Source: Fistulifera solaris (taxonomy: Eukaryota). Taken from it: a stretch of DNA of 64,000 nt. The DNA is taken from NCBI GenBank assembly GCA_030295235.1, contig AP026167.1:620001-684000 (forward strand), read 5' to 3'. The translations under genes were made by a program, and so were the position numbers. Below are positions 47,493 to 59,161 of the stretch, one piece after another. Numbering within the stretch: position 1 is the first letter of the stretch; each line of letters starts with the position of its first letter. The notes under the pieces were generated by a model. The model saw nothing but the letters and a program-made list of their open reading frames with translations, was not told the origin of the DNA and did not search any database.

Positions 47493-49965
47493 TCACTCGG
47501 CCATTGTCGACTGCTTTGTTAGCTGCGTTTCGTCAACCTGCTTCGGGGCTTCTTCTTCATCCACCATAGCAATGTCCTTTTCATAGGGTTCAAGCCAGGG
47601 AAGTGTGAACAGCGGTGCGCCCATGCACTTCTCCAACATTTGGACGAGCGCAAAGACAAAGATTGACCCGACAAAAGCAGAAAGAGAATCTACGCCAGTG
47701 TAGTCCTTGTACTGCTCTTGCACACAAGGTTCCACTGCGGGATCCCAAAGATTCGTCACATTCTCGTCAAAGAACGGAGGGAAGAGCGCACTGGCAGCAG
47801 TACCGTAATCGTAGAACTCGGGCTTGTCAAAAGGATAGATGTAAAACCCGTCTTTCGGAAGAACAAATTGAAGGGTGGTGCGAGCAATGGCGCCAAACAG
47901 GACGGAGCAAAGGGCAGCTCGAGGACTGGGATTGTTGACGTAGAAGCAGGCGACGAGTGAAGGGACCACAGTTGCGAGGACGATATCAAAGGCAACAATG
48001 AGAAGACCACCCGTTTCACCCGCAGCGCCGTCATCGGATCTGTAAAATGATGCAATACATGCTGAAGTAATTGTGAATGGCACTGTCGCGATTCGAGCGG
48101 CCATAAGCAGGTTTTTGCTTGTGATCAAACCGGGAAAGAATGGATCCAGTTGTCGCACAGCATTATGAGAAAAGACAGTACCCATGGCTAGAATGGCTCC
48201 ATCAGCAGTCGACATTGACGCTGCCACAATACCGATTAAGCCCCAAGCGCCCAGAACAGGCGGTGCATCGCGCGTCAAAAGCTTCATAAAAGCCTTTTTG
48301 TCAGGAACCCAGGCTCCGCACGTCGGTAGGCCCAAAATTTCGGAACAAGAATCAGCCTCAAATTCAGCATAGATAGAGTCAGGGCCGTAGTCTGTTCAAG
48401 TGAAAATTTTCTGTGAGGAAATCGATGGCTTCGAATAAAACCGTGTTCCGTTCTCGACTTACGGTATCTAGTGATTGCTCCCAGGTAAGAAAAAGGGACA
48501 CCAATGAAGATTGTGAAGAGGCCACCAAGGAAACAAGCGCGCTGCGCCGCAGAAGGATTTTTGGCGGCCATGCAACGAACTTGAAAGTCGAGAGCACCCA
48601 CTGAAAACATGTACGTGAGTAAACAGCGTGGCGTGCAGTATTACCCAGCATACGGCACGTTATATGACTTACGATTTCCAAACATGAGAATAAAGATGGT
48701 GCACCAGTTCCAAAAAATGCCGTTTGGAAAGGGAGAAAGCGCTTGTGAATCGGTCATTTGGTTGGAAAAAACAGGCTTGTCGCCGAATGGATATGCTCCG
48801 TTCTGAAATCAAAATCATAAGATGGGTTCCAACTCACCGCGAAACTATACATTGCCGACGCGAAACTTACATCAGCTCGGCAGTTCTCGCCGTTTGCATC
48901 ACACCACTTCGCAGCGTTGTAGCAGCAGCCATCGACGTTTGTGCATGGGACACCATCATACATTTGGCACGATGCTTCGTCGGGGTAGACGTACCCAGGA
49001 AACCCAATCGAAACGGGAGGTGCGCTTTGTTCGGCATTGACGATGAACCAGTAGGTCACAACGATGATTCCTGTGTCATCCGAAAGTGAGAAGACGAAAC
49101 GCTACAAACACACTAAATTAACATAAATTGCGAACTTACCTGTCCACCCCAGTCCGCATTGCAAGATATCAGTGTAGGCAATAGAAAAAAGTCCTCCGCT
49201 TACTGTGTAACCCCACACGATGGCTGCTCCCAGCCAGATGGCGTGTCTATCGGGAATATCCCACACGTAGGCAGCGATGACTCCAATTCCGACCAGGTTA
49301 CCGGCGAGAAGCATGAGAAATGAACAAATCGTGGCACCCGACGTCAAAAGCTCGACAATTTTTCCATATCGTCTTCCAAGAACATCCGGAAGAGTCAAAG
49401 CTCTCTCAGCGTTCATCCCTTTCGCCAGCAGAAGACCGTTCAAAATGAGAGAACATCCAAGACCGATGGGAATAGCCGCTCCATCGTAAAAGTGATACTT
49501 GTAGGATAGATCGACATTACCCAACAGAGAGTTTGAATCGATCGACTGGGCGCCAAGTGTGATTGCGACGATCCATAATGGAAGAGAATGACCAGCGACG
49601 AAGTAGTTTTCGGCTTCGCCTTTGACCAGAACGTACGTCATAATGCCGCAAGAAAACGATATAGCGATAGATATACCGACAGCGATGGCAAAGCCAATAC
49701 TAGGTTCTGGTAAATGAGATGTAACACAAAGAGACGCGTCAGTTATAATTTCTCATTCCGGCGATCGTGAAGCTTACTTACTGCCGACGGGCTCCGGGCA
49801 CGGAATGCCGCACACATCGTTTTGACAGCAAGAATCGGCAGATGGGATGGGGCCTCCAACAATGGCTTCGAACTCAGCATTCAGTTCGGGATCAGCAATG
49901 CAGTCGGCTGCAACTTTAGCAGCACTTAACACTCCAGTGAATGCTGTCAAGACAAAAGAACGCAT
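47493..49965 (-). CDS. Sodium:solute symporter (SSS/SLC5), paralog 1, multi-exon, with Cys-rich extracellular segments
   Basis: ENYFVAGHSLP, TLPDVLGRRYG, YTVSGGLFSIAYTD, LDFQVRCMAA and AASMSTADGAILA. GT-AG introns include 48803-48870 and 49707-49781. Confidence 0.88.
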
Positions 49966-50115
49966 GATGAACGGATTATCTCAGATTTGTCATGAAAAAA
50001 AATCGATAAGAGTTGCTCCGACCGTAAAAAGTAAAAAGAACATGATCGCTTTGATGTGATAACCTCGCGTCACAACCAGGGACCATCATCGTCCCAACTT
50101 CCGCACAAAAGGGCG

Positions 50116-50130
50116 GAAGTTTCAAACTTC
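50116..50130. promoter_or_regulatory. Palindromic GAASTT-n3-AASTTC motif upstream of SSS paralog 1 (counterpart at 56834-56848)
   Basis: GAAGTTTCAAACTTC about 150 bp upstream of the ATG. GAACTTGCAAAGTTC lies at a similar distance upstream of paralog 2. Confidence 0.4.
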
Positions 50131-50814
50131 GCGATCTTTGACCTTTGATGAGGAATGAGTTAAGTAGCGAGAAATTTCTGTATAATCGGCAAATGTAGGA
50201 ACTTGAAAAACTTGAAGGCTTTCTAATTCGTTGATTTTCTGCGTACCAAAGGAACTTCAAAGTTCGACTTAATTTTTCCAGAAAACATAACCCCACAGTA
50301 TCCTACTTGTACTTGAGACTTGAGACTATCCTATACTTTGTAATGTAGCGGTATAAAGTGCGGATTGAACGGAGTACGGAGTGATTATTAATAGCTTGTA
50401 GCTTGAGTCATACGTCATGGTGGAAACTCCTTTGGTGGAAAGGTCAATACTGGTTGTCAATAGTCAATAGATACGAGGATGAAACGTGTCTGAGACAGTC
50501 ATGTCTCATTCCTGATCCCTTGGCGATTGGCGACAAGTTTAGTTTTTAGTTGTCTAACGTTTCAACGTGTCAAAAGTGTCATCAATTTTCAAACCAACGC
50601 AGAAAATTTTGCAACCTGTATAATGTGATGTGAAATCAAGTCTGGTGCTCCTATTTCGGAGTTTAGCTACCCAATTTAAAGCTATTGGCTCCAGGACAGA
50701 ATGATAGCCCCAAAAAAGGAAATTTTTGAGCTACAATCAAAAGGAGAATGCAGAAAAATTACATTTGCAGTACATAACATTCTCAACTGTAAGATTCAAT
50801 TACCCTAACCTTCA

Positions 50815-53077
50815 TCACGCGCTACCCCGGATGATGGACAAAGCAAAATCTTCCTGAGCTCGAAGGTCGCCCTCGCCGTCAGAAGAATCTGAGCTATACT
50901 GGGTAACCTTATTTGCCATGACGCGTCTTGGCTTTGAGTCCACTTCATCTGAATCTAAGGATCCGTTATCGTCAAAGTCGAGCGTCGCAAGAGTTGCCAT
51001 ACCACTTTCTACCACCAAATCTCCTTTCTCGGCCTTTTCTTTAAGCTTCCTCTTTTTATGCTTATTGCGAATGCGTTCCTTCTCCTCTGCCTTGTCTTTT
51101 TCTAAGTTGGACTCCACGCGCTCGCGAATTTTGCGCATGTATTCCGTTGCCGCAGTTTCAAGATCTTCCTTACTTTTCTGTATGGACTCTTCCGGTGCTG
51201 CACTGACGAGACCCTTGATATCTTCTGCTTCCCCGGATTCGTTAAATTTAAAGTGTTTGTTGGGGGCATTGGTGCCGTCAATGCGAATTCTCTTCGGTTT
51301 TCTGTCTTGATTCACCTCGGATAGTTTCACGGATATCGACTGATCGGTTAACTTTTCGGAATCGGTCCAGTTTTGTTCTTTCTTCGATACCAAGAGCTCG
51401 TCTCCGCTCTCCTCATTGTCGCTGTCCTCGCCCCGTGTCGTTCCGGATACTGCTTTGCTTTCCTTGGCTAGTCGTTTCGCTAGTTTCTCAGCCTTGATTT
51501 GCTCCTTCAGTCGTTGCAGCTTTCGATTGACGTTCTTCTTTTCTCTTCTTTCTTCTCTGTCTTGGGTTTTGTCCTTCAAAAATTTCAAATCAGGCGTCGA
51601 AGACAGACCAAGAGACTCGCTGAAGCTGTCTAAATTCAAATCCTGCACATTAAACACCTCTTTGGAAGGCATCAGATGTATGCAGCTCACGTAACTCTGA
51701 TAAGCTTTCTTGGCCAAGCGCTGTAAATCAACGTTGGCAGCAACCAAAGACGCTGCTCTTTGCGTGACAACCACCGTCTTTGTCGGGTTGATGCTAACTT
51801 TCTTTATGGGGACAGGAGTCGAATTCTTCGCCTGCAGCATTTCTATAAAACCTTTTTCTTCCTCTTTAGGAGTGAGAATCAAAAGTGACTTTCCGCCGTT
51901 GCGATACCGTGCCGTTCGACCAGCTCGGTGAATGTACATGTTCCGATCTTCGGGAGCGTCCGCCTGAACGACCCAATCGACATTCGGAAAGTCAAGTCCT
52001 CGAGCAGCAATGTCAGTGGCAAATAAAACAGCACGAGGACGCTGCAAAAAATCAAAGTAGATCTGAGTTCTTTTGTGTTGAACCAGCTTTCCGTGGATTG
52101 CCATAACGGGCACACCGGGCTGAAGAGAGCAGAATAACTCCCACGCATGGCGAACTTGTGCACAGGACGCCATAAATATAATCGTCTTGCATCGCAAATG
52201 TGTCTTTATGAATGAATAGATAGCATTCAATTTATGTTCCAGCGGGACAACCACATAAGACTGTTGAAGCGAGTCCGGCGTCAATGTCTTTTCCTTGTCA
52301 TGAACTCCTAGGTACTCAGGCTTTTGCAGACTGAGTGTGGCTAAATCGGATACATCTCTAGTTTGAGTTGCCGAGAAAAGAAGTGTTTGCCGTGGACCAT
52401 CTGGTAAATAGCTTAGAATTCGAACCAACTGGTCCCGAAAGCCCATGTCAAGAATGCGATCGGCTTCGTCCAAAACCAAAAATTTGAGTTCAGACATTTC
52501 AAAATAAGGGGTCTGTTCTAGATGCTGCAGCAGTCGACCAGGCGTTGCAATGAAAATATTCGTCGTGGCTACATGCTGTTGTTCTTCATGAAAATCTTTT
52601 TGCCTCCAATCAACAACCCCACCGAAAATGTGTGAAACTTCCCCACCGCTTTGAGCACTTGGAATATCTGCACCGCCAATTCTCGTGTAGGAGATAATAT
52701 GGCTGCACCAGGCCCATCTGCTGGCGTAAATCGGTGGCGAAACAAACATTCGAGCACTGGCACGACGAACGCCAAAGTTTTTCCACTTCCTGTCCTCGCA
52801 GCACCCAAAATATCGCGTCCGGCCAAAGCGTGCGGTATACAAGCATTCTGAATGGCAGTCATGGTAGTGTAAGGAGTTTTGCACGCTTCTAAGCCTTGTA
52901 ACGTCTTTTCTGAAATAGGAAGAGCCCGAAACGCCATCGTTTGATTCAATGGAGGAGCATAGCCTGAAGCGGGCGCTTCTTCGACAACTCGCTTGCTCAA
53001 CGAAGCGATTTCTTCTTCGAGCTGCTGCTTCGATTCAGCTTTTCGCTTAGAATAGTTTCCTGTTTTTTCTTTGCCAT
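50815..53077 (-). CDS. DBP4: DEAD-box RNA helicase DBP4/DDX10; frameshifts near 53065 and 52598
   Basis: AARTGSGKTLAF, SPTRELA, TPGRLLQH, LDEADRILDMGF, SATQT, ARGLDFP and YIHRAGRTARY. Confidence 0.93.
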
Positions 53078-54212
53078 GATACTTGAATAATTGGAATAAG
53101 AGATAAAGACATGACCTTATCGGTTTTGAAGAAAATGAGCGCGTTTGTTTCTCTGGAAGGACAAGGGAATGGCGTTAAAATTCTGCCTCGTCGTAGACGC
53201 TACGTAGAATCACGTCCTTCCAAGTTTAAAAAAAATATTTTCTACTGCGTGGATGGCTGGAAAAGCCGGCCGACAATGGCCAGACCGACATGACTGAAAG
53301 GCAATGCAGTCGTGGTATCGGAGACCCAACACTTTGGGTCTAAGGAGCAAGGATTTCCGACGGTAAAAAAACGAGGCGTTAATGGCAAATGCTTGCTAAA
53401 GATAAATGTCGTATATCGATACCATTTGGGGTTACCAGCCTAGCAGAACAAGCCGACCTTATGACAGGCTGGTCCGGTTGAACCATGATTCATGACTGAA
53501 ATGCAGTCGCGGTTTGATTATGATTGTCGGAGGAAATTTCCGTAAAAAAGTCAGCTATTTTTTCCAAACCAGCCATATCATCGGTAGCAGCAGCACCACC
53601 ACTAAAACATAGTAGTCACTTCATCTACCAGAGAGAATTAGCTCAAAAAAGTTTATAGGGAGTATATTTGATTACCTGGTATAGGAAAGACTATATTGGA
53701 CAGACTCCGGGCTGCAATCCAGCTGAGTTGCTACTCCTCATCGCCAGGACAGGGAGAAATCCGATGAAAACAGCTTTAAAGGTCGCCAAATCTAAAAACG
53801 GGAACACTAAAGGTTTTGATGAAAATAATCGCTGAAATGCTTTTGCGGTCATGCTTTATTGATATTAAGAACTCGCATACATTTGTACGGAGGGAACGAT
53901 TTATTGTACCTGGTATGCAATCCATCGATATCATACAAGGAGGATGGATTAACCAGGCGGTCAAATTTTTAATAAGTTTGTTAAATTCTTGGTGCGAAAT
54001 AGTGGTCGTGCAACATCCTTACATGGTCCACTGAATTCATCTAGCAAACGGTATAAATATAGTCCAGGTGAAGTGCTCTGTGAGAGCAAATATTTTTGTT
54101 TTAAGGTTAAAAACACAACTAGACCATCGTCTTTGATATTCAACATAGAGCACTTCGTAACCAAGGGCCCGCATGACAAAACTATCAAACCACAAATGAT
54201 GAGTAGTCATCC

Positions 54213-56701
54213 TTACTCGACCGAATCCGACTGCTTTGTTTTTTGTGTTTCGTCGATCTGCTTAGAAGCTTCTTCTTCGCCCTCCATCGTAATGTCCTTG
54301 TTATACGGTTCAAGCCAAGAAAGCGTAAAAGCGGCTCACCCATGCTATTCTCTAACATTTGTACCAGCGCAAACACAAGGACCGATCCAACAAATGCGGC
54401 GATCGAATCGACACCGGTATAGTCCTTGAACTGCTCCTGCACACAAGGTTCCACTGCAGGATCCCAAAGATTAGTAACATTATCGTCGAAGAAAGGGGGG
54501 AAAAGAGCGCTGGCAGCAGTTCCATAGTCGTAGTACTCAGGCTTGTTGAACGGAAGAAGTAGCAACCCGTCTTTGGGCAGAGCAAACTCAAGGACAATGC
54601 GGGCAGTAGCGCCAGTGAGAATGGAGCAAAGGGCGGCTCTGGGACTGGGATTGTTGACGTAAAAGCAAGCGAAGATTGCAGGGACCACTGTGGCGAGAAC
54701 GATATCAAAGGCAACAATGAGTAAGTACCCGGTGGCTCCTGCGGCACTATCGCTCGATTTGTAAAACGCGGCGATACAAGCAGAAGTTATCGTGAAAGGA
54801 ACAGTGGCCAATCGAGCGGCTAGAAGTAAGTTTTCCCTCGTTATCAGGCCGGGCATGAATGCATCCAATTGCCGGAGAACATTATGAGAAAAAACGGTAC
54901 CCATAGCAAGAATTGCTCCATCGGCGGTCGACATAGATGCTGCAACGATTCCGATTAGACCCCATGCTCCCAGAAAGGGCGGCGCCTCGTGTGTCAAAAG
55001 CTTAATGAAAGCCTTGTCGTCGGGAAGCCAAGCACCGCAAGTAGGAAGGCCTAAAATTTCGGAACAAGAATCTGCTTGGAATTCAGCGTGTACGGAGTCA
55101 GGACCATAGTCTGTTCAAAAGAAGTCAATGTGAGTATTATGTTTGTTGGGAGATTGTATAGAAAAGACACTTGTAGCTTACAATATCTTGTAATAGCTCC
55201 CAAATAGCCAAAAGGAACACCAATAAAGAATGTAAACAGACCACCAAGAAAGCACCCAATTTGCGCCGTTCTAGGACTGTTGGCGGCCATGCAGCGGACC
55301 TGGAAGTCGAGCGCACCAACTAAATCGTGAATGAGTTAGACAAACGAGGTTGGGTACAACCATCGATTCTTGTACCGAACGTATCTGGTATACAAAAAAA
55401 CTACTTACTGTTTCCAACCGCGAGAATGAAAATTGTACACCAGTTCCAAAAAAATTGCGTTGGGAAACGGCGTTAGTGCTTGCGGGTCAGTCATTTGGTT
55501 GGAAAAAACAGGCTTGTCGCCGAATGGATATGCTCCGTTCTGAAATCAAAATCATAAGATGGGTTCCAACTCACCGCGAAACTATACATTGCCGACGCGA
55601 AACTTACATCAGCTCGGCAGTTCTCGCCGTTTGCATCACACCACTTCGCAGCGTTGTAGCAGCAGCCATCGACGTTTGTGCATGGGACACCATCATACAT
55701 TTGGCACGATGCTTCGTCGGGGTAGACGTACCCAGGAAACCCAATCGAAACGGGAGGTGCGCTTTGTTCGGCATTGACGATGAACCAGTAGGCAACAATA
55801 ATACAACCTGTACAACGTGTAAGTGAGAGATCATGTTTGCAATATAAGCTCTACACGACAGTTCGCCATCGTACCTGACCAACCAAACACGCCTTGAACG
55901 ACATCCGTGTACGCGACAGAGAAAAGTCCTCCGCTTACTGTGTAACCCCAAACTATAGCCGCGGCCAGCCAGATTGCTGCTGTGTCGGAAATGTTCCACA
56001 CGTAGGCAGTGATAACACCGATTCCGACCAGGTTTCCGGCGAGGAGCATCAGAAAGGAACAAAGGGTGGCCCCCGAGACGAGAAGCTCCACGATCTTTCC
56101 GTAGCGCCTCGCTAGAACATCCGGGAGAGTCAAAGCTCTTTCCGCGTTTATCTTTCTAGCCAACAAGAGGCCGTTGAGAATAAGGGAGCATCCGAGACCA
56201 ATTGGAATGCACGCTCCATCATAAAAATGATATTTGTAAGACAGATCAACATTGCCCAAGAGAGTATTCGAATCAATCGACTGTGCGCCAAGTGTCATGG
56301 CGACGATCCATAATGGAAGAGAATGGCCGGCGACAAAGTAGTTCTCGGCCTCACCGTCGACAAAGAAGTAGGACAAGATGCCGATCGCAAATGATAGAAT
56401 AATAGACACTCCGACAGCGATGGCAAAGCTTACACTCGGATCTAAAAAAGAAAGACTTAAGAGTGAGAGTCGTCACTTTCTCACTAGCATTATCACGGCG
56501 TATCGATGCATACGTACCGCTGACTGGCTCCGGGCACGGAATGCCGCACACATCGTTTTGACAGCAAGAATCGGCAGATGGGATGGGGCCTCCAACAATA
56601 GCTTCGAACTCAGCATTCAGTTCGGGATCAGCAATGCAGTCGGCTGCAACTTTAGCAGCACTTAACACTCCAGTGAGTGCTGTCAAGACAAAAGAACGCA
56701 T
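54213..56701 (-). CDS. Sodium:solute symporter (SSS/SLC5), paralog 2; frameshift near 54328
   Basis: Colinear with paralog 1 with equivalent intron positions. Correcting one T restores the paralog-like tail (LEPYNKDI...QSDSVE*). Confidence 0.88.
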
Positions 56702-57463
56702 GGTATTATCTTTCAATACCTTTCAAACTTTGCACATCAAAAGAATGACGAAAAAAGAACAAAATGAACGATGATGTGCGCAGATCACAACACAACCTCG
56801 TCATTCATCCTCTTCTTCTCATCTTCTCGGACGGAACTTGCAAAGTTCGCAAATAGGGACAATCTGTATAAGCGTATACTGTAAAAAACACAAAGGCTTT
56901 CTGTCTTTGCCCTCGAATGTCACAAGGACGACATAATTCCGAAAATAAATGCTCTACTCGTACTGTACCAGGTACTGGTACCGGTACCGTAATGGTACTT
57001 CGTCTCCTTGTCAGCTGTCGCATCGCTATCGCTCCGCAACGAGGCGAGGATCGATCGGGGTTCAGAGTTGTTTCAATGTAACCAGTAACCTTAACACACT
57101 TTGTACTGACACACGGTCAGAAAAGAATGAGGGTCGCTCGTTCTGCTCATTACCTGTACTCCAGTATTTGTTCCTTTCTTTTCCTGAACAATTTTGCCAG
57201 CAAGCGTTTTCAATACGCATCTGTCGGCTGCATTTGAAGAAGAAAGGGAACACGCGGTTTTTTTGTGTTGCTGTAACTACTACGTATTGGAAATGATCTG
57301 ACGGCGACAAACGCGACGGACGATACGACATACGACGCAAAGTACGACGCGGGTACTGTAATTGCGGAACAACCTTATTCTTACTCGGGGTAAGCGATGA
57401 ACCAAGTTTCCCCCTTCTCGACAACTATACGCGTAGACGGAGACTATTTTATAATTCGGCAAA

Positions 57464-57992
57464 ATGATGTATCTTCAACCAGAACGGAAACAATCGATAG
57501 GCATGCTAGCCAAAGCAGCCAAATCTCCTTCACGATCTACCCTTTCCATTTTTTTTACTGGGTCTGGTGGTTGGACTCTTATTTCCGCGCAATCTTTCGG
57601 CAAAACCAAGCGTCACTTCCAGCTCAATGACACATGGAGTTTTACTCCATCTTTCCGACATTCCGTTTCGATCAACATCACACGTAGATGACCACGGTCA
57701 AGCTATTATGAAGCAGCAATTTATAGAACCCTTTGCGGTCCCTCGCATGACGGGGTTTTCCGTGGCTACGTTTCGTCCTGGTCAGACGGTGAAATCGCAT
57801 GCTCACGAGAATATGGTGGAAATCTTTTACGTCTTGTCCGGAACGGGCTACGTGATGATCAATGAGAAGGTGACGAGTTTAACTACGGGGCATTTCTTTG
57901 CAGTCGTTCCGGGTGAATCGCATAGTCTATGGGTGGACGAGTCGGAAACGCAAGATATGCAAGTTGCGCTTTACGGTGTGATTGTCGAGTAG
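57464..57992 (+). CDS. Cupin-2 domain protein with N-terminal hydrophobic segment; frameshift in the T8 run at 57549-57556
   Basis: PGQTVKSHAHENMVEIFYVLSGTG and VVPGESHSL cupin metal motifs. Confidence 0.8.
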
Positions 57993-58045
57993 TCAATTTG
58001 AATGTTAACAAATGCATCATCAATTTTACCTAGATTCAGACTGGT

Positions 58046-59161
58046 TTACTGCCCCTTCTTCTTCGGACTGTTCAGAAAGTCCCTCTTCTTGCCTTCAAAA
58101 CCCGCTCGAGACAAACGCTTCCCGCTATCTTGATCACCATCCTTCACAATTTTCTTCTTGCTCAAGTTAGCCCCAATCGCACCGCCTTTCTTACGTGCAT
58201 CCAGATTGTGATTCCGAATCGTCTGGCGTTCATCTTTCTTCTCTTTGACTTGTTCGAGACGAGTCTTCCACGCCTTTTGGCTTTTCGCTTTCTTAGCCGC
58301 CTTACGTTTCAGAACTTTCTTGATTTTTGAAGGGTCACTCTTTACTCGTTGACCGTCCGCTTCTTTCAAAGTATCCGACCACTGCATTTCCATAGCCTTT
58401 GCTTTCTCTTCTTCGGTTCCCTTCTTGAGTTGTTCTAACTTCTGTTGCTTCGCTTCCGCGTCGGCTAACATCTTTTTCAAATTTTTCGTTTTCGACAAAT
58501 TGCCCAAGGCTTTATTTGCCGCTAAATAATTCGACGTCTCGGTCGTGTTCAAACCAGCAAGTCTCCCAAAATCCAGTTTCGCCAAATCTTCTGCCGGATC
58601 CACCGCAGATCCCATTCGGTAGTTTGTCTTGTTGTCGCGGGTGTCGACTTTGGAAGTACTCGCTTTCTTGCGTTTTGCAGCTTCTTCTTGGCGCTTCTGT
58701 TTCTCGGCTCGGCGTGCCGCGCGTTTGCTAACTTGATCCGGATTCGAAGGACGCTGTCCTTGTTGACTAGCAAGTTTGGCCTGTAATTTGGCACGGAGTG
58801 CTTCAATGCGCGATTGATGCGGTGACACGACGGGTTCGGGTGAGCGACTGTCTTCCGGCTCTTCCGCATCCTCTTCGTCGTCGCGTGCCACGAATTTCAC
58901 GGACTCAAGCTGCTCCTTCTTGCGAGTCGTCGTTTCTACCTGCTCGGGATCTAATTTACGACGCTTACCTGCCTTGGCCGCCGATTTCCGAGCGTCCTTT
59001 GAACTTTCCGTGACACCGCGGTAGTACGGATTCTTTGGATTAAAATCGTCACCCGATTGCCCCGCAATGTACAATTTGCTGGGGATCATGTCCACGATCA
59101 TATCAAAGAAGTCATTGTGTTCTTTGAGCTCGGAGAGCATTTGGCGAGAAGAAATACCCAT
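58046..59161 (-). CDS. SURF6: Nucleolar SURF6/RRP14 family protein
   Basis: HNDFFDMIVDMIPSKLY (RRP14 N-domain), Lys-rich body, KSQKAWKTR and SRAGFEG. Confidence 0.88.
   Translation of the reverse strand: MGISSRQMLSELKEHNDFFDMIVDMIPSKLYIAGQSGDDFNPKNPYYRGVTESSKDARKSAAKAGKRRKLDPEQVETTTRKKEQLESVKFVARDDEEDAEEPEDSRSPEPVVSPHQSRIEALRAKLQAKLASQQGQRPSNPDQVSKRAARRAEKQKRQEEAAKRKKASTSKVDTRDNKTNYRMGSAVDPAEDLAKLDFGRLAGLNTTETSNYLAANKALGNLSKTKNLKKMLADAEAKQQKLEQLKKGTEEEKAKAMEMQWSDTLKEADGQRVKSDPSKIKKVLKRKAAKKAKSQKAWKTRLEQVKEKKDERQTIRNHNLDARKKGGAIGANLSKKKIVKDGDQDSGKRLSRAGFEGKKRDFLNSPKKKGQ

Noticed and set aside
57300..57352. CGAC-rich stretch
   Set aside because: Low-complexity sequence with no regular period or second copy.
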